Source: Promethearchaeota archaeon
GTDB taxonomy: Archaea; Asgardarchaeota; Lokiarchaeia; Sigyniarchaeales; SOKP01
Length of the DNA stretch: 32,110 nucleotides
NCBI GenBank assembly: GCA_048940925.1
Contig: JBHLOC010000054.1
Span: forward strand, 1-32,110
Direction of reading: 5' to 3'
The position numbers and the translations under genes are program-made. How positions within the stretch are numbered: the first letter of the stretch is position 1; each line of letters begins with the position of its first letter. The notes under the pieces were generated by a model, which was not told the origin of the DNA, did no database searches, and saw only the letters and a program-made list of their open reading frames with translations. Shown here piece after piece: positions 18,179-27,641 of the stretch.

Positions 18179-19081
18179 TTATTCTAACTTAATTTTAAAA
18201 GCTAATTGCCCATTTTCTAATTTGAACACTTCAGCTTTATGGTTTTTTGCCATTATTTTAAATATTTCTTCTAAATCTTCAAGAGGAAGCGAGCTAAAAT
18301 CTTCCTGTTTTGCCTCTCGAAGTTCATATATCATAACAGGTTCAATTTTTCCATTTTCATATGCCCAATTATATATATCCTCGGACCATCCTTCAAGTGT
18401 CTTCCAATATATTCGTAATCTTTCTTTATTTTTTGAAAGCCATTCAGCTTGGTTTTGGTCGATTAATTCCTCAGCAATTTCTATTATATATTGCTCACGG
18501 TTGGTAAATTTAGAAAAAGGTTTTTGATAATTTAATTCTCTAATATAAATAATATGAAGTACTGCAAATCGTGCGTAATCAAAAAGAACTTTTGCCCACA
18601 GTATTTTCCATGAAACATAATCAGTTTTCTCTCTTTTCTTATCTGGCATGGAATACATAAATTTTTTTCTCTCTTCTTCTAACCAGGGATAAGCATCAAT
18701 CAACTTTTCATAAGCTGTTATTTTCTTTTCTATAAGTCCCTTTTCTCCTACGATTTCTTCCTCAAGTTCCAGTAATTCTGCTTCTATTTGGTCAGCATGT
18801 TGTTTGTATACTTTTTGGTCTACTTTATCAAGTTCAGCACTCAATATACTTTCAAGCTTGTCGAATTCTTCTTCAATGTGGCTTAAATCTGCAATTTTTA
18901 CATCTTCTAGTTTAATAATTTCCTTTTGTGCAGCTTCTTTTTCTAATTCTTCTTTTTCTTTTTTTAATTGTCTTAATCGAGCTAATTCTTTCCGTAATTC
19001 TCCTAACTCTAGTTCAGTCTTTTCTTTAATCTCTTTTGGAACTTCTCTTGATTTTTCTCTTTGTCTCTCCATATTTACCAT
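18179..19081 (-). CDS. vps25: ESCRT-II Vps25-like protein with long N-terminal coiled coil
   Basis: WKILWAKVLFDY, AEWLSKNKERLRIYWKTLEGWSEDIYNWAYENG..PVMIYEL, LEEIFKIMAKNHKAEVF..AFKIK. Confidence 0.85.
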   Translation of the reverse strand: MVNMERQREKSREVPKEIKEKTELELGELRKELARLRQLKKEKEELEKEAAQKEIIKLEDVKIADLSHIEEEFDKLESILSAELDKVDQKVYKQHADQIEAELLELEEEIVGEKGLIEKKITAYEKLIDAYPWLEEERKKFMYSMPDKKREKTDYVSWKILWAKVLFDYARFAVLHIIYIRELNYQKPFSKFTNREQYIIEIAEELIDQNQAEWLSKNKERLRIYWKTLEGWSEDIYNWAYENGKIEPVMIYELREAKQEDFSSLPLEDLEEIFKIMAKNHKAEVFKLENGQLAFKIKLE

Positions 19082-19092
19082 TTAATTTTTTC

Positions 19093-20307
19093 TTATTCTC
19101 CGAATTCTTTTGCCCAATTATTATATTCGTTTAATAAAGTTTCATTAATCATTGGTTTAACTTTTTTGAGAGAATTTTTAAAGTCCTTTAAATTGATATC
19201 TCTTACTTTGACTTCCTTACTTGAATTATCTAAAAGTCCACTCATATCTAACTCTCGAACAGGTAGCATAATCACTTCGCGACATACATTGGCGATATCT
19301 CTACCAGAGTATCCCTCAGTCCTTACTGCTAATTCAACAAAATCTTCTTCCGATAATGCTGAATCTACTCCTTCAGTATGGATTTTAAAAATACCTGCTC
19401 TTGCTTTTAGGTCTGGGAGAGGCACATGTACTCTTTTTTCAAATCTACTTAACATAGCCATATCAATATCCCATGGACGATTTGTTGCTCCTAAGACTAA
19501 TAATGGTTTGTCATGAGTGGATTTTAATCCTTGTATTTCACTTAAAAGTTGAGTCTTAACTCTTCTCTCACCACCACTCTCCGCACCTTCTCCTCGTTTT
19601 GTAGCAATAGAATCTATTTCATCCATAAATATTAAACTAGGTGCTTTTAATCGTGCGATTTTAAATAATCCACTGATTAGCTTTTCACTTTCACCAAGCC
19701 ATTTACTTAATAAATCAGCAGAAGAAGCACTGAAAAATGTAGCATTGCATTCAGTCGCAGCAGCTTTAGCTAATAATGTTTTACCGCATCCAGGTGGTCC
19801 AAAAAGCAAAATTCCTGACCAAGGTTTTCTTGCTCCAGTAAAAAGTTCTGGTTTTACTATTGGTAATACTATAGCTTCTCTTAATGCCTGTTTTACTGCT
19901 TGTAATCCTGCAATATCATCCCATTTAACATTGGGAGATTCTGTAACTATCGTACCCGATATCATATCTAATAATTCTTGTTCTTCTGAAGATACAGCTT
20001 CAATACCCGACTCTGTACTAACCTCATCTTTCGAAACACTTCGTCTTTCAGCGGGTCTTGCCCTAGGCTTTGTTCCACTAAGATGGGATTTTAATACTTT
20101 AGCTCTCTCTAAATATTCTTCGATATTCTTCTTACATAATGCTCTCATTTGAGGATTTTTATTGTATTTCATAAATTGCATTAATATATCTGCTGCACGG
20201 AAATACTTATTCATTGCTTGGCGATATTTTCCTTGACCATCTAAAGTAACTGCTTCCTTTGCTTCTCTAACAGCATATTGATAAAGTTTTGAGTCTACTG
20301 ATGACAT
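19093..20307 (-). CDS. vps4: Vps4 AAA+ ATPase with N-terminal MIT domain
   Basis: MIT-like helices (EAKEAVTLD...EEYLERAKVLK), PNVKWDDIAGL, GPPGCGKT, SKWLGESEK, FMDEIDS, ATNRPWDID, YNNWAKEFG. Confidence 0.96.
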   Translation of the reverse strand: MSSVDSKLYQYAVREAKEAVTLDGQGKYRQAMNKYFRAADILMQFMKYNKNPQMRALCKKNIEEYLERAKVLKSHLSGTKPRARPAERRSVSKDEVSTESGIEAVSSEEQELLDMISGTIVTESPNVKWDDIAGLQAVKQALREAIVLPIVKPELFTGARKPWSGILLFGPPGCGKTLLAKAAATECNATFFSASSADLLSKWLGESEKLISGLFKIARLKAPSLIFMDEIDSIATKRGEGAESGGERRVKTQLLSEIQGLKSTHDKPLLVLGATNRPWDIDMAMLSRFEKRVHVPLPDLKARAGIFKIHTEGVDSALSEEDFVELAVRTEGYSGRDIANVCREVIMLPVRELDMSGLLDNSSKEVKVRDINLKDFKNSLKKVKPMINETLLNEYNNWAKEFGE

Positions 20308-20485
20308 ATTATCTATATGAAAATAATTTTAATATTTATAACTAATCAAATTTAGCTATCTGTGTAAATAATAATCTTAAGATTATATATCAAATTTACC
20401 CTTTACGCTACAAAAATAAATATTGGTCTCCAAAAAATTATATATAAATCATAGCTATTTATATATTATATAATTAGCAAAGTTT

Positions 20486-21124
20486 ATGATAAATATGAGT
20501 TTTCTAAAAGATATTTCAAAATGGCTCTCTGGCGGGAAGCGAGGTAAGGATACAACTCGATCTGCAGCTGTAAAATTGAAAGTCTTTAATAAAAGATTAA
20601 TGCGTCAGACTAAAAAGTTAGAGATGAGTGCCAAATTGGCAAGGGATAAGGCAATTACCCTTCGAAAACAGGGTGATATGGATGGCTCTAAATTCCACGC
20701 AAGGAATTATCTACAAGTTAAAAAGCAAGCGAGAGCCGTGGAAATGTTTCGGACAAACTTAGAGGGGCTATTATTTAAGTTAGAACAAGCAACAGCAGTT
20801 AAAGATGTGGGCCAGATCATGACAGGAATTGCTCAGTCTCTATCAACTCTTAAATCTCAGCTTTCAGTTCCACAAATTACAGAAATAATGAGTCAGATCG
20901 ATATTGATATGGAAGAATTCGCTTTAACTGCTGATATCGCAACAGAAGGGATGGATAGTATTCAATTAGATACAGCTGTCACAGATTCTGATGTGGATGA
21001 GGTGTTGGGAGAAATAGATGCCGAAATCCAAGTTGAAATGGGAGTAGCACTCCCCAGTGCAGGTTCTGATGAAAAAATAGCAGAATTGGAAAAAGAATTG
21101 AACCGTCTTAAATCAGATGAATAA
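20486..21124 (+). CDS. ESCRT-III (Snf7 family, Vps2/24/46 class); possible start at 20495
   Basis: N-terminal amphipathic MSFLKDISKWL, basic helical hairpin, acidic C-terminal half, C-terminal MIM1-like ELEKELNRLK; divergent from vps4. Confidence 0.9.
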   Translation: MINMSFLKDISKWLSGGKRGKDTTRSAAVKLKVFNKRLMRQTKKLEMSAKLARDKAITLRKQGDMDGSKFHARNYLQVKKQARAVEMFRTNLEGLLFKLEQATAVKDVGQIMTGIAQSLSTLKSQLSVPQITEIMSQIDIDMEEFALTADIATEGMDSIQLDTAVTDSDVDEVLGEIDAEIQVEMGVALPSAGSDEKIAELEKELNRLKSDE

Positions 21125-21361
21125 ATTCTTATTTTTAAATTAATATGCTGAGTTTTATTGTTTTTATTTAGAAATAAATAAGAAATTACATAAGTTTAAT
21201 TCATTTTGAATAACTAATATTCTTTACATATCTTTTGCTTCAAAGATCACAGATTTAATTAAACCCTATATCTAAGATAAGATTTCGTTCTTAGTAAAAT
21301 TATTATAAGACTCAAGTCTATTTTTAAATTATTCAATTAATCAAAATTATTGCATTGATAA

Positions 21362-22384
21362 GTGAATATTTTGGATTTTCCAGAATTAATTACAATTGGA
21401 AGTAATACTTTAGATATTATAATAGAAATTGATGATATCTTACGGTTTGAATTATTCGATAAAGACATCATAAAAAAGTATACTGCTATTGAATACTCTC
21501 GCAAATTAAATGTTAAGAATGTTAGGTTTGTTCCAGGAGGGTCAGGAGCTAATATAGCTGCTAATAGTTCTATGTTGGGGTTAAATTGTGCATATGTGGG
21601 AGTTATGGGGAAAGATTTCTCTGCAGATATTTGTTTAACTGACTTAAAAAAGAGAGGAGTGGATTTATCTCAAGTAATTCAGACTAATGATGACACTACG
21701 GCACTGTCAATCATTTTGCGGACTCCTTGGGGAAAAGATAGGAGTATTTTAGCATATAAAGGAGCTAATAATCTATTAAAACCTTCAGATCTGAAAGATG
21801 AATTATTTAATGAAATTAAAGCTTTCGCATGGACATCTTTAACGAATGATAATGCATGTAAAACTATAGAGAAAGCAATAACACTCACAAAAGATAAGGG
21901 AGGAATGGTATTCGCTGCTCCTAGCATGTCAATAATAAAAAATGCCCCGAATTGGGCAAAAACTCTAATTTCCAATTCTGATGTAGTATCAATGAATTTA
22001 GAAGAAGCTCAAGAGTTTACAGGGGAAAAGAAAAAAACTCTTATGATTAATAACTTCTTAGATATGGGTATAAAACTGATTTCTATCACTGATGGTCCTC
22101 ACGGTTCAATTATTTCAGATGGTAAAAAAATTATAAATAGTGGAGTTTATAGCGCAGGAGATGTTGAGGATACTACAGGTGCTGGTGATGCTTTCTTAAC
22201 TGGTATCTTAATCTCTCGATTGAATAATTTATCTCTTGAAATGACTTCAAAAATGGCTACTGCGATGTCCTTCTTAGAATGTAAAGAAATTGGAGTTCGT
22301 GAGGGTTTACCAACAAGTTTTTCACAGTTAGAGGATTTCGTGTCTAATAATACAATAAAGCAAGTTATTTCAGAAATAGTATAA
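21362..22384 (+). CDS. PfkB/ribokinase-family carbohydrate kinase
   Basis: PGGSGANIA, VGVMGKD, NLEEA, ITDGPHGS, DTTGAGDAF. Confidence 0.93.
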   Translation: MNILDFPELITIGSNTLDIIIEIDDILRFELFDKDIIKKYTAIEYSRKLNVKNVRFVPGGSGANIAANSSMLGLNCAYVGVMGKDFSADICLTDLKKRGVDLSQVIQTNDDTTALSIILRTPWGKDRSILAYKGANNLLKPSDLKDELFNEIKAFAWTSLTNDNACKTIEKAITLTKDKGGMVFAAPSMSIIKNAPNWAKTLISNSDVVSMNLEEAQEFTGEKKKTLMINNFLDMGIKLISITDGPHGSIISDGKKIINSGVYSAGDVEDTTGAGDAFLTGILISRLNNLSLEMTSKMATAMSFLECKEIGVREGLPTSFSQLEDFVSNNTIKQVISEIV

Positions 22385-22503
22385 TGTATCCTTAATAACG
22401 CGAAACTTTTTTTCTCTTTTTTTAATACTTGAACAACTAATTCTAATTGAGATTTTAAATAATTGTTCAAATCATCTTTAATTATTTTTATGACACTTAA
22501 TAA

Positions 22504-22600
22504 TGACCTATGGTCAGTTGATGACTTAAAGTGCAAACATTTAAATATGAGGGCATATTTTTATATATTAAACCCTTGGTCACCTAATGACCCCGAGTTG
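22504..22600. promoter_or_regulatory. Candidate TetR operators TGACC-N3-GGTCA (one perfect, three degenerate)
   Basis: TGACCtatGGTCA 22504-22516, TGACTtaaAGTGC 22522-22534, AAACCcttGGTCA 22570-22582, TGACCccgAGTTG 22588-22600. Confidence 0.6.
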
Positions 22601-22609
22601 ATGTTAAAT

Positions 22610-23296
22610 ATGAATGACACTAATCAAGAAAAAACACTGGCAATGAGTAGATTAGAACGTGAACGTGAAGAAATGAAGGAGAAACGGAGACATGATATAT
22701 TAAGTGCCGCAGAAAAATTATTTCTTTCACAAGGATTTGACGAAGCCACAATGCAAGATATTGCTGATGAAGCTGAATATAGTAAAGGGACCTTATACAA
22801 CTATTATAAGTCAAAAGACGAATTATATATCGCAATTGGTAGTAAAGCTTATAGGTTGATAATTGAGTATACTAAAGAATTTACAGAAAAAGAGAAGGCT
22901 GGTATAAAGCAGATTATGGCGATAGGATATGCATACTACGAATTTACTAAGAAATACCCTGATTATGCTTCGATATTCCATGATATTGCTGTTAAATTCC
23001 CTGATATAACAGTAAAACCTAAAAGTAAACTTTCTTTGATTGAGAAAGAATATCTTTCATTAAGTAATTCATATAGGGATATTTTTATAAAAATTTTATC
23101 CGATGCTATGAAGGATAAAGCAATTCGAGCTGATAAGAATCCAAATATGATTGGTTATGTACTTTCCACTGTAACAAGAGGAATAGTTGAGGATTTAAGC
23201 CAGAGTGAAAATGTAGTTAAGAGATTAGGATTAAACTCAGATGAAATAATTGATTTCATATTTGAGATACTTGGAGATGGATTAAAACCAAGGTAA
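22610..23296 (+). CDS. TetR/AcrR family regulator (start approximate; the ORF-track start at 22463 is probably too early)
   Basis: ILSAAEKLFLSQGFDEATMQDIADEAEYSKGTLYNYYKSKDELY. Confidence 0.92.
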   Translation: MNDTNQEKTLAMSRLEREREEMKEKRRHDILSAAEKLFLSQGFDEATMQDIADEAEYSKGTLYNYYKSKDELYIAIGSKAYRLIIEYTKEFTEKEKAGIKQIMAIGYAYYEFTKKYPDYASIFHDIAVKFPDITVKPKSKLSLIEKEYLSLSNSYRDIFIKILSDAMKDKAIRADKNPNMIGYVLSTVTRGIVEDLSQSENVVKRLGLNSDEIIDFIFEILGDGLKPR

Positions 23297-23322
23297 AAGT
23301 AAAATTTAGGAGGTATAAAAAA

Positions 23323-23820
23323 ATGTTAAAAGTTTTAGTAGTATTTTACTCATTGACAGGAAATACTAAATTAATTGCAGAAGCAATACAAAAGACTGCT
23401 AATGCTGATATTCTCGAAATAAAACCAGTTAAAGAACTTAAAGATGAAGGATCAATGAAATATTTTTGGGGGGGATTTCAAGCAATAATGAAAAAGAATC
23501 CTAAATTGAAACCATTCGATATTAATCCCCTTGAATACGACATAATATTCATAGGATCTCCTGTATGGGCATGGAGATACACTCCTCCAATTCATTCATT
23601 CATGAAAAAATATGATCTTTCAGGGAAAAATTTAGCTCTTTGGATGTGTTCTGGAGGAGATGGCGAAAAAGCAATGGGTAGATTTAAAGATGCTTTAAAA
23701 AGTACTAATATTATTGGTGATATCAGCTTTCAGGAACCTTTACAAAAAGGATCGGAAGAAGCAGCAGAAAACGCGATAGCTTGGGCAAAATTAATTATTG
23801 AAAATGTTAAAAATAACTAA
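23323..23820 (+). CDS. Flavodoxin
   Basis: YSLTGNTKLIA FMN loop, YDIIFIGSPVW; AGGAGGT RBS upstream. Confidence 0.92.
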   Translation: MLKVLVVFYSLTGNTKLIAEAIQKTANADILEIKPVKELKDEGSMKYFWGGFQAIMKKNPKLKPFDINPLEYDIIFIGSPVWAWRYTPPIHSFMKKYDLSGKNLALWMCSGGDGEKAMGRFKDALKSTNIIGDISFQEPLQKGSEEAAENAIAWAKLIIENVKNN

Positions 23821-23844
23821 AAATAAAACTAAGAGAGATATAAA

Positions 23845-24627
23845 ATGGTACAAAATCTTAAATTATTCAGATTAAGAAAAGTAATAATGTTTTTATGGGT
23901 AATTGCTTTGCCCATTACTTTTAATTGGATGTCACCAGTTCTTATTATTATGGCTGGTTTTGAAGGATATATTAATTTGAGTTTTATAATATTTGGAATT
24001 TGGTTTGTATCTTCCCTATTTTTTGGCAGGGCATTTTGTTCCTATGCGTGTCAATGGGGGGCTGCTCAAGAAGTAATGGGTGATGTTGTTCCAAAACCAT
24101 TAGATCCTGAAAAGAAGGCAAACCGTAGAAAAATCAAATATATAGTATTTGTAATTTGGATAATCTTTATTGTATTAGGACCAATATTAGCTATGGGTTA
24201 TGTTAATGGTTTTAATCCATATTATCCAAGTCCGGTTGATGATCCATCAGGTTTAATTTCTTTAAGTGAAGTTGTTATAGGGCAATTTATTTTCTACTTT
24301 GGAATCATTGCGTCAGTTGTAATTTTATTTACATTAGTTGGAGGTAAGAGATCCTTTTGTAATTATGCTTGTCCTATGGGAGTTTTAGGAATTATCGGAA
24401 CTAAAATAAAAAATGCACTTAAGTATCCTTCTTTACATTTAGAAGCTGAATCTGAGAAATGTACAAATTGTAAACAATGTTCAAAAGCTTGTGAAATGGG
24501 ACTTGATGTTAATCAACTTGTTCAATCAGGGGATATGTACAATGCGGATTGTATCTTATGTGGTAGATGTATTGCCACTTGTAAGCAAGATATTATAAGG
24601 TATGCATGGAAATGGGACAAATATTAA
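23845..24627 (+). CDS. Membrane 4Fe-4S protein (NapH/MauN-like)
   Basis: GRAFCSYACQWG and KRSFCNYACPMG motifs, plus CxxCxxCxxxC twice. Confidence 0.9.
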   Translation: MVQNLKLFRLRKVIMFLWVIALPITFNWMSPVLIIMAGFEGYINLSFIIFGIWFVSSLFFGRAFCSYACQWGAAQEVMGDVVPKPLDPEKKANRRKIKYIVFVIWIIFIVLGPILAMGYVNGFNPYYPSPVDDPSGLISLSEVVIGQFIFYFGIIASVVILFTLVGGKRSFCNYACPMGVLGIIGTKIKNALKYPSLHLEAESEKCTNCKQCSKACEMGLDVNQLVQSGDMYNADCILCGRCIATCKQDIIRYAWKWDKY

Positions 24628-24764
24628 CCTAAATATGAGTAATCATTTAAAAAAATTTACGGTATTACTAATTTTTTTTCTATTATTTTCTTATATACTT
24701 TAAAAACCTAGCTCTTAAACAAAATATTTTAATTCTTTACAAAATATTAAAATATCATAAACAT

Positions 24765-24897
24765 GCGCTCTTAGTATAGTGGTCAGATTCTGTTGGATTT
24801 ACCGCTAAATGATTAATATGCCAGGTTGCCATAAACTAAGACTTCTTTATTGCTTTGCAAAAACCTGGCGACCCGGGTTCAATTCCCGGAGGGCGCA
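24765..24897 (+). tRNA. tRNA-Gly(GCC) with two introns (D-arm ~24787-24816; canonical 37/38 at 24832-24862); CCA not encoded
   Basis: Acceptor GCGCUCU/AGGGCGC + A73, anticodon stem CCAGG/CCUGG, GCC at 24828-24830, T arm CCGGG-UUCAAUU-CCCGG. Intron 2 forms a BHB (UUGC/GCAA helix; bulges CAU and AAA). Confidence 0.93.
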
Positions 24898-24937
24898 TAT
24901 TCTTCCTATCGATTAATTTAAAAAACTTTGAAAAAAA

Positions 24938-26110
24938 TCATAAAAATATGTTAATTGGAGGGATCTTAGTAATTAGAGAGTGAGATTCTGAATCATAAAT
25001 ATATTTCTTTATATTTTTTAACTTTATATTTTTAGCTTCATAGAATTGTTTAATTATTTCTTTCTGGAAAGATTTGGTATTATGATAATCAAATCCATTA
25101 ACTTTTTTGAGCCGAATAATAACAGTATCATGATTTTCAGCGATTTTTTTTTTTATTTCATCTCGGTTTCGTTGTATTAAAAATTCCTCATAATTTTTAT
25201 GAAACGCATTTGGATATTTATCATGTTGTTCACCATCATATTCAAATGCAATTTTAAAAATTTTTCCATTAATTACAACATGACCATTAAATCCATCAAA
25301 TTTTAATCTCCCTCCCTCATTCGCTAAGATATTATAAGCTTTAATTAATGGAGTTTCTGGAAATCTACATTCAAAAATTTTTTCCATAAACATACGCATA
25401 ATACTTTCAGTTTTGGATTCTAGACAAATAGGACACCATCTACCTTGATATAACAAATTATCAACCCTAATTCTCCAAGGATGACTATTTTTGCACTCAA
25501 TCTCAACATATTTGAACTTTTGATTTCCTTCCTTAATATTAAAGTGGTTTTCTTTAGTTAAAAGCTTCGCACCTCTGTTCTCAATGAAGGTTTTAAGACG
25601 ATCAATTGTAATTGATTTATATGTTGCTTGTTTTAAACTCCAAATTTCTTTATATATTTCGAGAGCTCTTCTTTTCCCATAAATATGACTAAGAGATTTT
25701 ATTATCCATCTAGTAATTGTTCGTTTTGACACTCCTATTTTTTTCTCATAACCATTTATACTGTCAAAATTGTTAATTCTTTTAGGATAGTATATAAGTT
25801 GAGATTCAAACATTTCTAAAAATTTGAATTTTTTATTTTGAATTAATTCATCAGAAGTTGGCCATAAAATTTTGCGAATTCTTTTTGCTTCTTTTTCTCC
25901 ATATCTTGAATCCATATAATTATCAAACCATTTTCTGAAAAATCCTCTTGTGATCTTAAAATATTTAGGATATTGTCGTAAAGACATTAATTTTTCTTTT
26001 GCTATTTTTTTAGGATTATCTCCAATTAGTTCATCAAAAAAAGATTTCAATTCTTTATGTTTTTCTGACACCTTATATAAAATCTCTTTTTTACCACATA
26101 AACTATACAA
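24938..26110 (-). CDS. Free-standing putative endonuclease: tandem HTH-like repeats, Zn ribbon, PD-(D/E)XK/Vsr-like nuclease domain (start uncertain)
   Basis: ECKNSHPW...QGRWCPIC; ESKTE; LKFDGF...IAFEYDGEQH...QRNRDEIKKKIA....IIRL. Confidence 0.82.
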   Translation of the reverse strand: MYSLCGKKEILYKVSEKHKELKSFFDELIGDNPKKIAKEKLMSLRQYPKYFKITRGFFRKWFDNYMDSRYGEKEAKRIRKILWPTSDELIQNKKFKFLEMFESQLIYYPKRINNFDSINGYEKKIGVSKRTITRWIIKSLSHIYGKRRALEIYKEIWSLKQATYKSITIDRLKTFIENRGAKLLTKENHFNIKEGNQKFKYVEIECKNSHPWRIRVDNLLYQGRWCPICLESKTESIMRMFMEKIFECRFPETPLIKAYNILANEGGRLKFDGFNGHVVINGKIFKIAFEYDGEQHDKYPNAFHKNYEEFLIQRNRDEIKKKIAENHDTVIIRLKKVNGFDYHNTKSFQKEIIKQFYEAKNIKLKNIKKYIYDSESHSLITKIPPINIFL

Positions 26111-26397
26111 CCCTTATAATTTACTGAATTTGCGTACTCAAAGGATTCAATTTTTTAAAATTTTGATTAAGAACTCTACAATTAACCCCTATTGAGAGCT
26201 TCAAGTATGAGTTGTATTAATAAAATTTTTATTGATACAAGATATTTGATCTCTATCTTGAAGGATATTTCATAAGAAGTTGAAACTAATCGAATACTCT
26301 ATTTCAATAGAGGGGTATTATAGATTTCAAAATTTAAATTTAACCAATTTTAGTTAAAATCCTTTGATTTTTAATAGAAAGAAGCGAATAATTGAAT

Positions 26398-27213
26398 ATG
26401 TTTCAAAAAGAGTTAGGAATAATCGGTCTCGGAAAAATAGGATCTACCTTATTAAAAGTATTTATTGAATCAAAAACAATAGAAAGGGAAAAAATAATTG
26501 TTTATGATATTGATCAAAATATACTTCATCAGAGAATTGAAGAATTTAAAATTAAATCAGCTAAAGATAATAAACAATTAGTTAAAGATACTAAATATAT
26601 TTTAATAGCTGTGTTACCTCAAGTAATAGATAACGTCCTAAATGAGATTGGCCCATTGATAACTGAAGAGCAGATAATAATTTCAATTGCAGCAGGAATT
26701 TCTATAACACATATCAGCAAATATGTAGATAAAAAAGTAGGTATCTTAAGAATAATGACCAACACTCCTGCGTTAGTAAGAGCAGCAGCCTCTGCTATAT
26801 CATCAAATGAAAATATTAAACAATCTGATTTAGATTTTGTTAAAAATTTATTTAATTCTTTAGGTCTTGTTGTAGAATTAGAAGAAAAACATCTAGACGC
26901 AGTCACTGGCTTATCAGGGAGCGGTCCAGCATATCTTTTTATTATTATGGAATCGTTGGCAGATGGAGGTGTAAAAATGGGACTCCCAAGAGAAATAGCT
27001 TTAAAGCTTGCGGCACAAATGGTACTAGGTTCAGCAAAATTAGTATTAGAAACTGGTAAACATCCTGGTGAATTGAAAGATATGGTTGCAACTCCTGGAG
27101 GTACAACTATTACCGCTATACATGAAATTGAATCAGCTAAATTAAGAGCAACACTTATAAGAGCTGTAGAAGCAGCAACATTAAAATCTAGATCTATGAA
27201 TAAAAAAAATTAA
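26398..27213 (+). CDS. proC: Pyrroline-5-carboxylate reductase
   Basis: IIGLGKIG, ISIAAGI, RIMTNTP, DAVTGLSGSGPAY, HPGELKDMVATPGGTTI. Confidence 0.96.
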   Translation: MFQKELGIIGLGKIGSTLLKVFIESKTIEREKIIVYDIDQNILHQRIEEFKIKSAKDNKQLVKDTKYILIAVLPQVIDNVLNEIGPLITEEQIIISIAAGISITHISKYVDKKVGILRIMTNTPALVRAAASAISSNENIKQSDLDFVKNLFNSLGLVVELEEKHLDAVTGLSGSGPAYLFIIMESLADGGVKMGLPREIALKLAAQMVLGSAKLVLETGKHPGELKDMVATPGGTTITAIHEIESAKLRATLIRAVEAATLKSRSMNKKN

Positions 27214-27347
27214 TTATCGCAACCTAAAGAAAATCTAAAATTATTTTTTGTTTTTGATCAATTTAGTTAAAACTATATGTATAAAATTATCACATATAAA
27301 TAAATTTGAAAAAACAAATAAGGGATTTAAAGTATTCTTAGGATGCT

Positions 27348-27641
27348 TTATGGAAGGTTTTTAATAAGATCTACTCCTTTTTCTAATGGGATAGCCTGTA
27401 AAGTTTCTGTCCTTATAGCACCTGTACTACCTATCGTTATAAGACCTGTCATCATCACCTCATAACTGGGAGCCTCAATTATCGAAACAAAATCATAACG
27501 TCCCATAGTATAGTAAAACTCCTTAATTTCTCCACCAAGTGATTCAGTCACTTTTTTCGCAGCCTCAAAGCGCTGTGGAGATTCCTTAATTTTAGTGACC
27601 CCTTCTTGAGTAAATCTACCAAGAACTATGAAAATAGCCAT
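27348..27641 (-). CDS. GYD domain protein
   Basis: GGEIKEFYYTMGRYDFVSIIEAP...GAIRTETL; GAGGTGA RBS. Confidence 0.9.
   Translation of the reverse strand: MAIFIVLGRFTQEGVTKIKESPQRFEAAKKVTESLGGEIKEFYYTMGRYDFVSIIEAPSYEVMMTGLITIGSTGAIRTETLQAIPLEKGVDLIKNLP

Noticed and set aside
22504-22516. Resemblance to nuclear-receptor half-sites (GGTCA)
   Set aside because: Coincidental; a TetR operator is the simpler explanation.
22463-22597. N-terminal extension of TetR
   Set aside because: Runs through the operator/TATA-like region.
24870-26390. Integrated element at tRNA-Gly
   Set aside because: No duplicated tRNA 3' end (att site) and no integrase seen in the window.
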